Shown: positions 29,435-38,825, counted from the first letter of the stretch. The stretch is 64,000 nt of DNA from Pseudomonadota bacterium (GCA_020161215.1 JAIUOM010000001.1:23170-87169); one strand, 5' to 3'. Notes: generated by a model from the letters alone, not told the origin. A program made the numbers and translations.

Positions 29435-29872
29435 ATGGCGCGATACACACTCCGTGCCGCCCGGATTGACAGCGAACTGGATGTGGAGCGGCTTAAGCGT
29501 CTGCAACTGGAGGTGTTCCCCTCGGACCTCTGCATCGACCCTGAAGGCACCGATCACGACACCCTTTGGTGGCTGGTGCTGGATGGTCGCCGGGCTGTGG
29601 CCTTCGCCGCCCTGACGGTGACTAAACCGTTGGACGAGCTGACTGCCGATCTGATTCGCTGCGGTGTCGTGGAGGGTTACCGGGGATTGGGCTTTCAACG
29701 GCGCCTCATCAGCGCCCGGATCAAGAAGGCTTGGGAGCTGGGCCTAACCCGGATCAACACCTACACATCGGACCGCAACCACGTCTCGATGTCGAACCTC
29801 GTCGGCTGCGGCTTCGTCGTGGACGATTCGCCCCCTGAGGACGGCTTCATCACCTGGACGCTCACCCAATGA
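29435..29872 (+). CDS. GNAT-family N-acetyltransferase (145 aa)
   Basis: Acetyl-CoA motif A VVEGYRGLGFQRRLISA. ATGA overlap with the DNAP start. Confidence 0.65.
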   Translation: MARYTLRAARIDSELDVERLKRLQLEVFPSDLCIDPEGTDHDTLWWLVLDGRRAVAFAALTVTKPLDELTADLIRCGVVEGYRGLGFQRRLISARIKKAWELGLTRINTYTSDRNHVSMSNLVGCGFVVDDSPPEDGFITWTLTQ

Positions 29873-31725
29873 TGGCTGACACCGCCCCAACACCCTGGTT
29901 GGCGGATGTGGTTACGGACACGGAGACAAACGGGCTCCTGTCCACAGTGGACACGCTTCATTGCGCTGTCATCTTCGACCGCCGCACAGGCCAGGAGCAC
30001 CGCTACCCACCAACAGAAACCAAGCGCTACCAGGAGGACCTTCAGCGTTACGTGGACCTCGGCCTCAGAGTTGCCGCCCACAACGGCATCAAGTACGACC
30101 ACCCCGTTCTGCGCAAGCTCCTTCCCAAACTCCACATCCCCCAGGAAGCCCTCATCGACACCCTGACGTGCGCCCGTCTGGTTTGGCCTGACATCAAAAA
30201 GAGTGACACCAATCTGGTCAAGAGCAGGCGGCTTCCTGGGAGCCTTTGGGGGTCTCACTCACTGAAAGCCTGGGGCTACCGGCTGGGAATCCTGAAGGGT
30301 GACTATGGAGAACAGGAGGACGCATGGGACAAGTACACCCCGGAGATGTTGGACTACTGCGCCCAGGACGTTCGGGTCACTCTGGCCCTCCTTGAACGGA
30401 TCGAAGCCAAGCTGCCCGCCCTTCAGTCACTTGAGCTGGAGCACCGCGTCTCTTGGCTCCTGGCCCAGCAAGAGCGGAACGGCTTTCACTTCGATTCCGG
30501 CGCAGCCCGCTCCCTGTACCTGAAGCTGGTTGAGCGCCGCGCTGCCCTGGAGAACAAGCTGGCCGGGTGGTTCCCGCCGTGGACCGTGGAGCTTCGTCCG
30601 TTCACACCCAAGGTCAACAACAAGAAGCTGGGCTACGTCAAAGGCGTTCCCGTGGTCAAGAAAAAGACCCTGGTGTTCAACCCCGGTTCTCGTGACCACA
30701 TCGCCAACCGCCTTAAGACCCTGTTCGGCTGGGACCCCACCGAGTTCACGCCCAGTGGAAAGCCCCAGGTCGATGAGGAAATTCTTAAACATCTCCCCTA
30801 CCCGCCAGTCGCGGACCTCGTTGAATACCTCCTGGTGCAAAAGCGCATCGGACAGGTGGGAGACGGGGACAACGCATGGCTCAAGCTGGTCTCACCTGAA
30901 GGAAAAATCCATGGCTCAATCACGCCAAACGGCGCGGTTACTGGTCGGTGCACACACTCCTACCCCAACGTTTCCCAAACGCCCTCTAGCGATTCTCCTT
31001 ATGGCGAGGACTGCCGGGCCTGCTGGGTTGTCCCGCCCGGTTGGTGGCTCGTCGGCGCTGATGCCTCCGGGCTGGAGTTGCGCTGCCTCGCCCACTTCAT
31101 GCACCCCTATGACGACGGGGCGTACACCCGAATCCTGCTGACAGGCGACTCATCCAAGGGGACGGACATTCACTCCGTCAACCAGCGAGCTGCCGGCCTG
31201 CCCACCCGAGCGAACGCAAAGACGTTCATCTATGCGTTCCTCTACGGGGCCGGGGATGGCAAGCTGGGGCAGATCATTGGGAAAGACCGAGCGGCCGGGC
31301 GGCGCCTGCGCACGAAGTTCCTCGCTGGACTGCCGGCTCTGTCCATGCTGATCGACAAGGTGAAGGCGGCTTCCAAGAGGGGTTACATCATCGGCCTCGA
31401 CCGGCGCATCGTCCCCATTCGCTCCGAACACGCGGCACTGAACACGCTGTTGCAGTCAGCCGGCGCGGTCATCTGCAAGCAATGGCTCATCAATTTCCAC
31501 ACAGTTATGGAGGAAAGGGGCTTCATCCACGGTTTTGACGGGGATTACGCACAGGTGGCCTTTGTCCACGACGAGGTGCAAATCGCCTGCCGGACGGAAG
31601 CCATAGCCCGCGAAGTCGCCGAACTGGCGCCGCTGATGGTCCGCAAAGCGGGTGAGCAATTCAACTTCCGCTGTCCAACGGATGGCGAATCCAAGATCGG
31701 CCACACCTGGGCCGAGACCCACTAA
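29869..31725 (+). CDS. Family A DNA polymerase (T7 gp5-like), 618 aa
   Basis: ExoI VVTDTETNGL, motif A DASGLELRCLAH, motif B RANAKTFIYAFLYGAG, motif C FVHDEVQ. Confidence 0.9.
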   Translation: MMADTAPTPWLADVVTDTETNGLLSTVDTLHCAVIFDRRTGQEHRYPPTETKRYQEDLQRYVDLGLRVAAHNGIKYDHPVLRKLLPKLHIPQEALIDTLTCARLVWPDIKKSDTNLVKSRRLPGSLWGSHSLKAWGYRLGILKGDYGEQEDAWDKYTPEMLDYCAQDVRVTLALLERIEAKLPALQSLELEHRVSWLLAQQERNGFHFDSGAARSLYLKLVERRAALENKLAGWFPPWTVELRPFTPKVNNKKLGYVKGVPVVKKKTLVFNPGSRDHIANRLKTLFGWDPTEFTPSGKPQVDEEILKHLPYPPVADLVEYLLVQKRIGQVGDGDNAWLKLVSPEGKIHGSITPNGAVTGRCTHSYPNVSQTPSSDSPYGEDCRACWVVPPGWWLVGADASGLELRCLAHFMHPYDDGAYTRILLTGDSSKGTDIHSVNQRAAGLPTRANAKTFIYAFLYGAGDGKLGQIIGKDRAAGRRLRTKFLAGLPALSMLIDKVKAASKRGYIIGLDRRIVPIRSEHAALNTLLQSAGAVICKQWLINFHTVMEERGFIHGFDGDYAQVAFVHDEVQIACRTEAIAREVAELAPLMVRKAGEQFNFRCPTDGESKIGHTWAETH

Positions 31726-31727
31726 CC

Positions 31728-31937
31728 ATGGACAGAGAAACGCTGGAAGCGCTGCACCTTGTGTTCCTGGCGCCGCGAAGTATCCAGTCGGACTTCTCCC
31801 GCGAGCGAGCACAGGAAGTAGCAGCGTTGGCCTCACAAGGCTACATCACCACACGCCAAGCCAAGGACACCTACGGGCGTCAATGGCGAATCACACCCAC
31901 AGGCCAAACCGTGCTAGTCGCGCGGGGTCTGCTCTAG
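31728..31937 (+). CDS. Hypothetical protein (69 aa)
   Basis: ORF directly after the DNAP gene. Confidence 0.45.
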   Translation: MDRETLEALHLVFLAPRSIQSDFSRERAQEVAALASQGYITTRQAKDTYGRQWRITPTGQTVLVARGLL

Positions 31938-31950
31938 ACAAAGGAGCGCT

Positions 31951-32271
31951 ATGCCCAAACAATTTTCCCCCCAGTTCTACTCGGCCCAGGCCAAGCTGAG
32001 CGAGTTTTATCGAGCGTTCAAAGACACCTGCGAACCCGCCTTAGCGGATGTCGCGGTGGCGGAACGCAGCTTCGTGCAAGCTGGCCTGGAGGAGCTGTAC
32101 GCGGCAGCCGGACAGGCAGCGGGCGTATTCCTACCCGCCTTCGACGCCCTGCCGGCTGACGCCCAAGACCGCTTCAGCGAAGTCGCTGCCACCTTCGTCC
32201 GTATGGGCGCAGCCATGTGCTTCGGCTCCGTGGCCGGCCTCGCTGCTGACGAGATGGCCGATGCGTTTTGA
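31951..32271 (+). CDS. Hypothetical protein (106 aa)
   Basis: ORF with AAAGGAG upstream. Confidence 0.45.
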   Translation: MPKQFSPQFYSAQAKLSEFYRAFKDTCEPALADVAVAERSFVQAGLEELYAAAGQAAGVFLPAFDALPADAQDRFSEVAATFVRMGAAMCFGSVAGLAADEMADAF

Positions 32272-32461
32272 CCTGCGGCTCTACCAATCACCAACCCCCA
32301 CTTCCCTGCTGTGCTGGGATTGTCGCCAGGTCTTCCTGGATGGCGCCTTTCCGGTGAACACCCAGATGCCATTCCGGCGCTACCGAGACACCACTTGCAC
32401 AAGCTGCAATCGAACCAAGGAGAACCCCCATGCCAAAGCTGACGGCGATCCTGGACGCTGA
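32261..32461 (+). CDS. Possible small zinc-ribbon protein (66 aa)
   Basis: MRFDLRLYQ...CWDC...CTSC (two CxxC pairs). It overlaps both neighbours, so this is speculative. Confidence 0.3.
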   Translation: MRFDLRLYQSPTPTSLLCWDCRQVFLDGAFPVNTQMPFRRYRDTTCTSCNRTKENPHAKADGDPGR

Positions 32462-33191
32462 CATCCTGATCTATCAAGCTGCCCTCCAGGTGGAGCACGA
32501 GCACCGCTGGGACGACGGCATGTGGACATACCACGCCGAGGAGGAACACGGCCAGCACGCCCTGCGATCCGCCATCGAGTCCCTAGTGGTCACCTTGAAG
32601 GCAGATGACTTCGTGCTACCGCTGACGGACCTAGACCGCAACTGGCGTCTGGACATCTTGCCCACCTACAAGGGCAACCGAAAGGGCACCAGACGGCCCC
32701 TGCTGAGGCGCCACCTATTTGAATGGTGCCTGACCGAGTACGGCAGCAGAGCGTACATGCGTCCCACCCTTGAGGGGGACGACGTGGCAGGCATCCTGCT
32801 GACCCACCCGACCCTGATCCAAGGCGACCGAATCCTCGCCAGTCTGGACAAGGACATGAAAACCTTACCGGGCAAGCACTACAACCAAGGGAACGGTCGG
32901 TTCTTCGAGATAAACAGCGAGGAGGCGGACTGGTGGCACCTGTACCAGACGCTGACCGGAGACACCACCGATGGCTACACAGGGTGTCCCGGCGTTGGTC
33001 CGAAAAAAGCCCTGGAGCTGTTGAACACCGAGGACCCGCTGTGGCCTGTGGTTGTTGCCGCCTACCGGAAGGCCGGCCTCTCCGAGCAGGTGGCGATTCA
33101 GCAGGCCCGCGTGGCGCGTATCTGCCGCCACACCGACTACGACTACAAGAAAAGGAAACCCATCTTATGGACCCCCGAACAGAACTGCTGA
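32430..33191 (+). CDS. 5'-3' exonuclease (T7 gp6-like, FEN/PIN fold)
   Basis: ILDADILIYQAA, LPTYKGNRK, GDDVAGIL, SLDKDMKT, GDTTDGYTGCPGVGPKKA. Confidence 0.8.
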   Translation: MPKLTAILDADILIYQAALQVEHEHRWDDGMWTYHAEEEHGQHALRSAIESLVVTLKADDFVLPLTDLDRNWRLDILPTYKGNRKGTRRPLLRRHLFEWCLTEYGSRAYMRPTLEGDDVAGILLTHPTLIQGDRILASLDKDMKTLPGKHYNQGNGRFFEINSEEADWWHLYQTLTGDTTDGYTGCPGVGPKKALELLNTEDPLWPVVVAAYRKAGLSEQVAIQQARVARICRHTDYDYKKRKPILWTPEQNC

Positions 33192-33463
33192 ACGCCTTCA
33201 ACGGCGGCGATGGCGAGCCTGAAGGCTTCGCCGTTCGGGAAACTGGCGACTGGACACAGGAGGGGAAAGGCCAGCACCTGTGCACCGTGTTTGAGCATCT
33301 GGAGACCAAGCGTTTCTTCACTGTGGATCAGAGACGCTACGGGAGTTACCACACCGATTGGGACTACCTCACCCCCGAGGTGAGTGAGGTGTACCCGCAC
33401 ACCAAGACAGTGACGGTCACCGAATGGCACACCACACCGCAACGTTCAGGGAATTCTCAATGA
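33167..33463 (+). CDS. Hypothetical protein (98 aa)
   Basis: ATG at 33167 after AAAGGAAA; overlaps the exonuclease end. Confidence 0.4.
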   Translation: MDPRTELLNAFNGGDGEPEGFAVRETGDWTQEGKGQHLCTVFEHLETKRFFTVDQRRYGSYHTDWDYLTPEVSEVYPHTKTVTVTEWHTTPQRSGNSQ

Positions 33464-33915
33464 GCCCTTATCCACCCATCCCTGTCGGCCCCGAAGGGGA
33501 AGAACGCCGCGACTGCCTGACGTGCGCCCGGCACGACCCCACCATCCCCCTCAACAAGAAGGGGGCCATCTGCTGGTCCTGTTCGTCCAACGTTTCTCTG
33601 CCCATGTGGCGCCCAAAGGAGCCGCCTCTCACCGACCCACGTCCGAGTGCGGCCAGCGAGCAGCCGGCCGAGCAAGGTTCCACACAAAACCCGTGGGCCA
33701 TTCAGGAGGGCGGCGCTCACTACAAGGACATGCCGATTCAACCGTTTGAGTTCTCAATGGTGAACCGCCTGGACCCCATGCAGCACACGGTCATCAAGTA
33801 CGTGACGAGATTCCGCAGCAAGAACGGCATCGCCGATCTACGCAAGGCCCGTCACACCATCGACCTCCTCATCGCTCACGAGCAAAACCAAGCGAGCGGC
33901 AAGCGCACCGCCTAA
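33460..33915 (+). CDS. DUF3310-like protein with an N-terminal Cys-rich region
   Basis: The C-terminal GGAHYKDMPIQPFEF...VIKYVTRFRSKNGIADLRKARHTIDLL fits the remembered DUF3310 pattern. N-terminal CLTC...CWSC. Confidence 0.55.
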   Translation: MSPYPPIPVGPEGEERRDCLTCARHDPTIPLNKKGAICWSCSSNVSLPMWRPKEPPLTDPRPSAASEQPAEQGSTQNPWAIQEGGAHYKDMPIQPFEFSMVNRLDPMQHTVIKYVTRFRSKNGIADLRKARHTIDLLIAHEQNQASGKRTA

Positions 33916-33957
33916 CCCGCCGCACCCCCTGTTCTCTACATACCCCAAGGACCCCCT

Positions 33958-34236
33958 ATGAACCACCTGTCCATCTTCATCGCCCTCGTTGTCGCCGCCG
34001 TCATCATCCTGACTGTTTGGGTGGCCGTCGTGGCCGTCAAGACATTCATCGCCCAACACCGCGCAGGCCAAGAGCCGACCGTCAAGGGTGCCTTCAAAAG
34101 CGCTCTGGCAGACGTGGCTTTCACCATCGCTACCCCGTTCCGCAAGCTGTGGGCCAAGGTACGTGCTGGGTGGGCCAGTGTCTCTGCCAAGGTCGCAGCC
34201 ATCATGCTCGCCCTGACGATTGCTATCCAAAAATAA
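33958..34236 (+). CDS. Small membrane protein (2 TM)
   Basis: IFIALVVAAVIILTVWVAVVAV and AAIMLALTIAI hydrophobic segments. Confidence 0.5.
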   Translation: MNHLSIFIALVVAAVIILTVWVAVVAVKTFIAQHRAGQEPTVKGAFKSALADVAFTIATPFRKLWAKVRAGWASVSAKVAAIMLALTIAIQK

Positions 34237-34261
34237 AAACGACCCTTATTGGACAACCCGG
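34232..34261 (+). promoter_or_regulatory. Phage RNAP promoter candidate, copy 3 (head of the structural module)
   Basis: Identical 30-mer. Confidence 0.6.
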
Positions 34262-34267
34262 CGAAGT

Positions 34268-34471
34268 ATGCGAATCACCGCACCCATCTCCGAGTCGTTG
34301 CTGAAGGCGCTGGACACGGCTTTCCCCAACACCCCCATCACACCACCAATCGACGCCTCTGCGGACACCGTGGTGGCGCTGTTGCGGGTGCGCCAGGGGG
34401 AGCAAGCCGTTCTCCAGTTCCTGCGCCGCCAGTACGAGCATCAGATCAACCCAACTCAGAAAGGACGCTAA
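34268..34471 (+). CDS. Hypothetical protein (67 aa)
   Basis: First ORF after promoter copy 3. Confidence 0.45.
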   Translation: MRITAPISESLLKALDTAFPNTPITPPIDASADTVVALLRVRQGEQAVLQFLRRQYEHQINPTQKGR

Positions 34472-34476
34472 CACTC

Positions 34477-34656
34477 ATGTGCACCGCTCCGAAACCGCAC
34501 GCCCCGGCCCCTGAAGTGCCGCTGCCCGAGGAGACCGTAAAGCCCACCGTTGTGGACACTGGCGGTAAGAAGAACCCACGCCGCTCCGGCCGTTCCGTGC
34601 TCACGGTCCCGACTCCCGCCCGAAGCGGTATGTCCGGCCTGAACATTCCGAGCTAA
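34477..34656 (+). CDS. Hypothetical Pro-rich small protein (59 aa)
   Basis: AAAGGA RBS; lies immediately before the portal gene (the T7 gp7.3 position). Confidence 0.4.
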   Translation: MCTAPKPHAPAPEVPLPEETVKPTVVDTGGKKNPRRSGRSVLTVPTPARSGMSGLNIPS

Positions 34657-34659
34657 ACA

Positions 34660-36204
34660 ATGACCGGAGCACTCCCCAATAAAACAACCGCAGGGAGCCT
34701 CTACTCACACCTCCAAGCCAAGCGCTCCTCCTACATCTCCGATGCCGCTCGCTGTGCCGGTGTCACGATCCCCTCGCTGTTCCCGCAGCACCCCACCAAG
34801 GTTGACGACTTTGTGACCCCGTACCAGTCGGTAGGCTCGCGTGGTGTCAACAACATCGCCGCCAAGATGATGCTGGCGCTGTTCCCCCCCAAGACCCCCT
34901 TCTTCCGCCTGAAGGTCGAGGACGAAGTTCTTGCCTCGATGTCCGCCACGCCGGATATTCGCTCCAAGGTTGAAACGGGGCTAAGCACGCTTGAGTCGCG
35001 GGTCACCTCTGAGCTGACCAGTCGCGGCCTTCACGAGACCAGCTTCGAGTTGTTCAAGCACCTCATCGTGGCCGGCAACGTGCTGCTGTACCTCCCTGAT
35101 GACGGGCCGCTGGAACTCCATTGGCTGCACGCCTATGTGTGCCGCAGGGACCGCGCAGGCAACGTCCTCGACATCGTGCTCCAGGAAAAGATCGCCCGAG
35201 TGGCTTTAGACCCGGACTTCCGTGCCCTGCTGAAGGCGTCCAAGAACCGGGATGACAACAAAGACGAGGTGACCATCTACACCCACGTCACCCGAGAGTC
35301 CACGCAATGGGTGGCGTACCAGGAGGTCGGAGGGCTGGAGGTCCCAGGCACACGGGGTGAGTACCCGCTGGACAAGTGTCCCTGGATTCCGCTGCGCCTC
35401 ATCAAGCAAGCCGGCCGTGACTATGGGCGCTCCTACGTCCATGAGTACCTGGGAGACCTCCTGAGTCTGGAGGGGCTATCCCAGGCGCTGCTGGAGGGAG
35501 CAGTGGGCGCGGCCAAGCTGCTGTTCCTGGTGAACCCGAACGGAGTCACCGAAAAGGACGACCTAGCGAAAGCCCGCAACGGGGACTTTGTGGACGGAAC
35601 CGTCAATGACGTGAACGCCCTCCAACTCGGCAAGTATTCCGACTTCCGGGTGGCCCTGGAGCAGGCCAACTCCACCACTGAACGCCTGTCGTTCGCGTTT
35701 CTCTTGAACAGCGCCGTGCAACGCCGAGGCGAGCGGGTGACTGCCGAGGAAATTCGATACGTGGCGCAAGAGTTGGAGGACTCCCTGGGTGGTCTCTACT
35801 CGCTCCTGGCGAAAGAGTTACAGCTACCCCTGGCAACCCGCACCATGTACGTGCTACAGCAAGCGGGCAAGCTCCCGGCGCTTCCCGAGAAGGATGTCAA
35901 GCCGGTGGTGGTCACAGGCTTAGAGGCCCTGGGACGCAGTAGCGACCTGAGCAAACTTGAGCAGGCTCTATCCAAGGCTGTAGCGGCCGTTGGCCCTGAG
36001 CAAGTGGCTAAGCGCCTCCGGGTTGCCGACATATTGACACTCGTGTTCACCGCCTGTGGTGTCAGAGCCGATGGGCTTCTCCTTTCGGAGGCGGAAGTCC
36101 AACAAAACGATCAGCAAGCCATGGCAATGCAGATGATGCAGCAAGGCTTGAACCCGGCCATTCAAGCCGGGGGCAATCTCATTAAAGAAGGAATGAAGGA
36201 ATGA
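34660..36204 (+). CDS. Head-tail connector (portal), T7 gp8-like
   Basis: VTIPSLFP, NNIAAKMMLALFPP and colinear resemblance to T7 gp8. Confidence 0.85.
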   Translation: MTGALPNKTTAGSLYSHLQAKRSSYISDAARCAGVTIPSLFPQHPTKVDDFVTPYQSVGSRGVNNIAAKMMLALFPPKTPFFRLKVEDEVLASMSATPDIRSKVETGLSTLESRVTSELTSRGLHETSFELFKHLIVAGNVLLYLPDDGPLELHWLHAYVCRRDRAGNVLDIVLQEKIARVALDPDFRALLKASKNRDDNKDEVTIYTHVTRESTQWVAYQEVGGLEVPGTRGEYPLDKCPWIPLRLIKQAGRDYGRSYVHEYLGDLLSLEGLSQALLEGAVGAAKLLFLVNPNGVTEKDDLAKARNGDFVDGTVNDVNALQLGKYSDFRVALEQANSTTERLSFAFLLNSAVQRRGERVTAEEIRYVAQELEDSLGGLYSLLAKELQLPLATRTMYVLQQAGKLPALPEKDVKPVVVTGLEALGRSSDLSKLEQALSKAVAAVGPEQVAKRLRVADILTLVFTACGVRADGLLLSEAEVQQNDQQAMAMQMMQQGLNPAIQAGGNLIKEGMKE

Positions 36205-36455
36205 CCAAAGCTGCCCGCAAACCCGCGCAGGACCCCGTGACTCAAGAACCCACCGCCGCCGATGTCGCTGAGAACATCGTGGTCCAAAACCTAGGGGACG
36301 CAACCGAGGACAAGGCCCGCCTCTCCCCTCCCGCTGGGCAGCCCACGCTGCTGCCTATGTCCAAGCTGCCTCCTGGCTATGAGACCCTGACGCGGACCTA
36401 TCCGACCGCCAAGGGTTACCGCATGGAAGGTGGCGCTGTCGCCGTCTACTTCTGA
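36201..36455 (+). CDS. Hypothetical protein (84 aa)
   Basis: ORF between the portal and scaffold genes. Confidence 0.45.
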   Translation: MTKAARKPAQDPVTQEPTAADVAENIVVQNLGDATEDKARLSPPAGQPTLLPMSKLPPGYETLTRTYPTAKGYRMEGGAVAVYF

Positions 36456-36460
36456 TTGAT

Positions 36461-37252
36461 ATGAACCAAGCCAATTCCATCACCATTAACCGCGAGGGTG
36501 GAGCCCCCGATGGTCACAACGAATCTATGCAGGAACGCTATGAGGCAGGCCAAGCCTCTGCCGCCGCTGGTCTGTCCTCCGTACCGTCAAAGTCCCCCGC
36601 CAATCCCGATGGTGCTCCCACCGATCCCGCTCCCGCACCGTCCCCTGCTGGTTCTCCTGCTGCGACTCCTGCGACTGCTCCCCAAGTTCAGCCCGAGAAC
36701 CCCGGCACGTCCTTCGTGGACAGCCTGCTCACCAATGCGGGCCTCACCCGTGACGGTCTGAGTTCGGAGCTGGACACCGGCAGCCTGTCCGCAGCGACCT
36801 ACGCAGCGCTGGCGAAGCAAGGCGTGGATCAAGCCACCGTGGATCAGTACGTCTCGGGCATGGTGGCAAGCTCCGCAGCCAAAACGGCAGAGTACGAAAC
36901 CGCCGTCATCACTTCTGTGGTGAAGGACGCGGCCGAGTACCAACGCCTCGTGACATGGGCGTCCTCGACGCTGACCAAAGCCGAGATTGATTCGTACAAC
37001 AAGCTCGTCAACGGGGGCGACATCGACACCGCCAAGTTCGCCGTGCAGGCTCTCCATACGCGATTCGCTGCGGCGAACCGTCCCGAGCCCAAGCTGCTGA
37101 CCTCGGCTGTGTCCCAGGGCTCCGGCGTGGCTGGTTATCAATCGTGGGCACAGGTGACCGCCGACATGCGCAAGCCTGAGTACCGCCTCGACTCGGCCTT
37201 CCGTGCTGAAGTCGAGGCACGCCTCAAGGTCTCTGGGGACCTTCCCCGATGA
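36461..37252 (+). CDS. Scaffolding protein (gp9 position)
   Basis: Position, size and Ala/Pro/Ser-rich helical composition. Confidence 0.6.
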   Translation: MNQANSITINREGGAPDGHNESMQERYEAGQASAAAGLSSVPSKSPANPDGAPTDPAPAPSPAGSPAATPATAPQVQPENPGTSFVDSLLTNAGLTRDGLSSELDTGSLSAATYAALAKQGVDQATVDQYVSGMVASSAAKTAEYETAVITSVVKDAAEYQRLVTWASSTLTKAEIDSYNKLVNGGDIDTAKFAVQALHTRFAAANRPEPKLLTSAVSQGSGVAGYQSWAQVTADMRKPEYRLDSAFRAEVEARLKVSGDLPR

Positions 37253-37692
37253 GCTTTCTTTCAGCGTTGGTCCCCTTTGGTCCTGTGCTCGAAAAAGTCT
37301 TCGACCGCGTTTTCCCGGACCCCGCAGCCCGCGCCTCGGCCGAGCTGGATGTCCTGAAGATGCAACAGGCCGGCGAATTCAAAGTGCTGGACGCCCTGGT
37401 GGCTGGCGATGCAGGTCAGCAACTCATCAACGCGGAGGAGGCTAAGTCCGACTCCCTATTCAAGTCTGGCTGGCGCCCGGCAGTTGGCTGGATTTGCGCC
37501 CTTGCTCTGGCTTGTCAATTCTTCCTGATCCCGCTACTTGGCTGGGCCGCAACCAACGGGCTTGGCTGGGGTGCACCCCCGAAGCTGCAACTGGACGAAC
37601 TCACAACCATCCTCATGGGCCTGCTGGGACTCGGGGCGTACCGCACCTACGAAAAGGTACGCGGCGTCTCCGTCAAACCCACCGGCACCTAA
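37249..37692 (+). CDS. 3-TM holin-like protein (GTA_holin_3TM / DUF3154-like)
   Basis: VFDRVFPDP...LKMQQAGE...NAEEAKSDSLFKSGWRPAVGWICALALACQFFLIPLL fits the remembered family pattern. Confidence 0.55.
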   Translation: MSFLSALVPFGPVLEKVFDRVFPDPAARASAELDVLKMQQAGEFKVLDALVAGDAGQQLINAEEAKSDSLFKSGWRPAVGWICALALACQFFLIPLLGWAATNGLGWGAPPKLQLDELTTILMGLLGLGAYRTYEKVRGVSVKPTGT

Positions 37693-37757
37693 ACCCCACC
37701 CCCTCCTGAAGCTCCCTTAGGCCCAGCGCCTGGGGGGGCTTTGCTTCGTCTATTTGC

Positions 37758-37771
37758 TCTCGCAAACGAGA
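37758..37771. promoter_or_regulatory. Palindromic operator-type site TCTCG-CAAA-CGAGA in the capsid gene leader
   Basis: Perfect arms. Followed at 37775-37784 by tcccgatatc, the reverse complement of the GATATCGGGA core. Confidence 0.45.
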
Positions 37772-37802
37772 CATTCCCGATATCAATACAAGGAAATACA
37801 AC

Positions 37803-38744
37803 ATGGCAACGTTCCCCTCCAATCCCGGTCAGCGCGAGGGCTCCGGCGATGACTTCGAGCTGTTCCTCACTCAGTTCGCTGGTGAAATCCTGACTCAGTT
37901 CGATGCGCAGAACAAAGTGCTGCCCCGAGTCACGCAGCGGACCATCAGCAACGGCCGCAGCGCCCAGTTCCCGGTGATTGGTGACACCACTGCCAAGTAC
38001 CACGCCCCCGGCACCGAAATCGAGGGCACCCCCATCGTGCACAACGAGGTGACCCTGACGGTGGACATGCCGTTGATCGCTGACGTGTTCATCGCCAACA
38101 TCCAGGAGGCCATGAACCATTACGAAGTTCGTGCCCCGTATGCCCGCAAGCTGGGCAACGCCCTGGCGAACACTCTGGACCGCCACTTGCTCCAGACTGC
38201 CGTGCAGGCCGCTCGCGGCGCCGCTCGCATCTCCACCGACTTCGGTGGGACCGTCCTCTCTGTGCCCAGCCTGGACACCGACATGGACGCCCTGGTGGAA
38301 TCGTTCTTCAACGCCGCCACCGTGCTGGACGACAAGAACGTGCCGGAGGATGGCCGCTTCGCCTTCCTGCGCCCCGCCATCTACAACCGCCTCGCCCAGA
38401 ACACGAAGGTCCTGAACAAGGACTGGGGTGGTGCTGGCGTGTTCGCCGAAGGCAAGGTCCTTCGAGTGGCAGGGATTGAACTGCTCAAGAGCACCCACGT
38501 TCCCAGCACCGTCGTGCCGGACGGCTCCCTGGGGGCCGGCTACGGTAACAAGTACGGCGGTGACTTCACCAAGACGGTAGGCGTCGTGTTCACCGAGGAC
38601 ACCGTGGGCAATCTGAAGCTCATGGACATCCAAATGGAGCACGAGTACAGCGTTCGCTGGCAGGGCACTTTGATGGTGGCGAAGTACGCCATGGGTCACG
38701 GTGTGCTGAACCCCGCGACTTCGGTGGAACTCGCTTCGGTCTAA
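37803..38744 (+). CDS. Major capsid protein (T7 gp10-like)
   Basis: DDFELFLTQFAGEILTQF...SNGRSAQFPVIGDTTAKYHAPG parallels the T7 gp10 N-terminus. Confidence 0.85.
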   Translation: MATFPSNPGQREGSGDDFELFLTQFAGEILTQFDAQNKVLPRVTQRTISNGRSAQFPVIGDTTAKYHAPGTEIEGTPIVHNEVTLTVDMPLIADVFIANIQEAMNHYEVRAPYARKLGNALANTLDRHLLQTAVQAARGAARISTDFGGTVLSVPSLDTDMDALVESFFNAATVLDDKNVPEDGRFAFLRPAIYNRLAQNTKVLNKDWGGAGVFAEGKVLRVAGIELLKSTHVPSTVVPDGSLGAGYGNKYGGDFTKTVGVVFTEDTVGNLKLMDIQMEHEYSVRWQGTLMVAKYAMGHGVLNPATSVELASV

Positions 38745-38782
38745 GGCCGAGCCCCCAGTAGGGGAACTCATCATCAACCCAA

Positions 38783-38816
38783 GGGGGCGCTCTAACAAGG
38801 CGTCCCCTATTTTTTC
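38783..38816 (+). terminator. Hairpin plus T-run after the capsid gene (the T-phi position in T7)
   Basis: 8-bp stem gggggcgc/gcgtcccc (one G-U pair), 9-nt loop, then tatttttt. Confidence 0.5.
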
Positions 38817-38825
38817 GAGAACACC

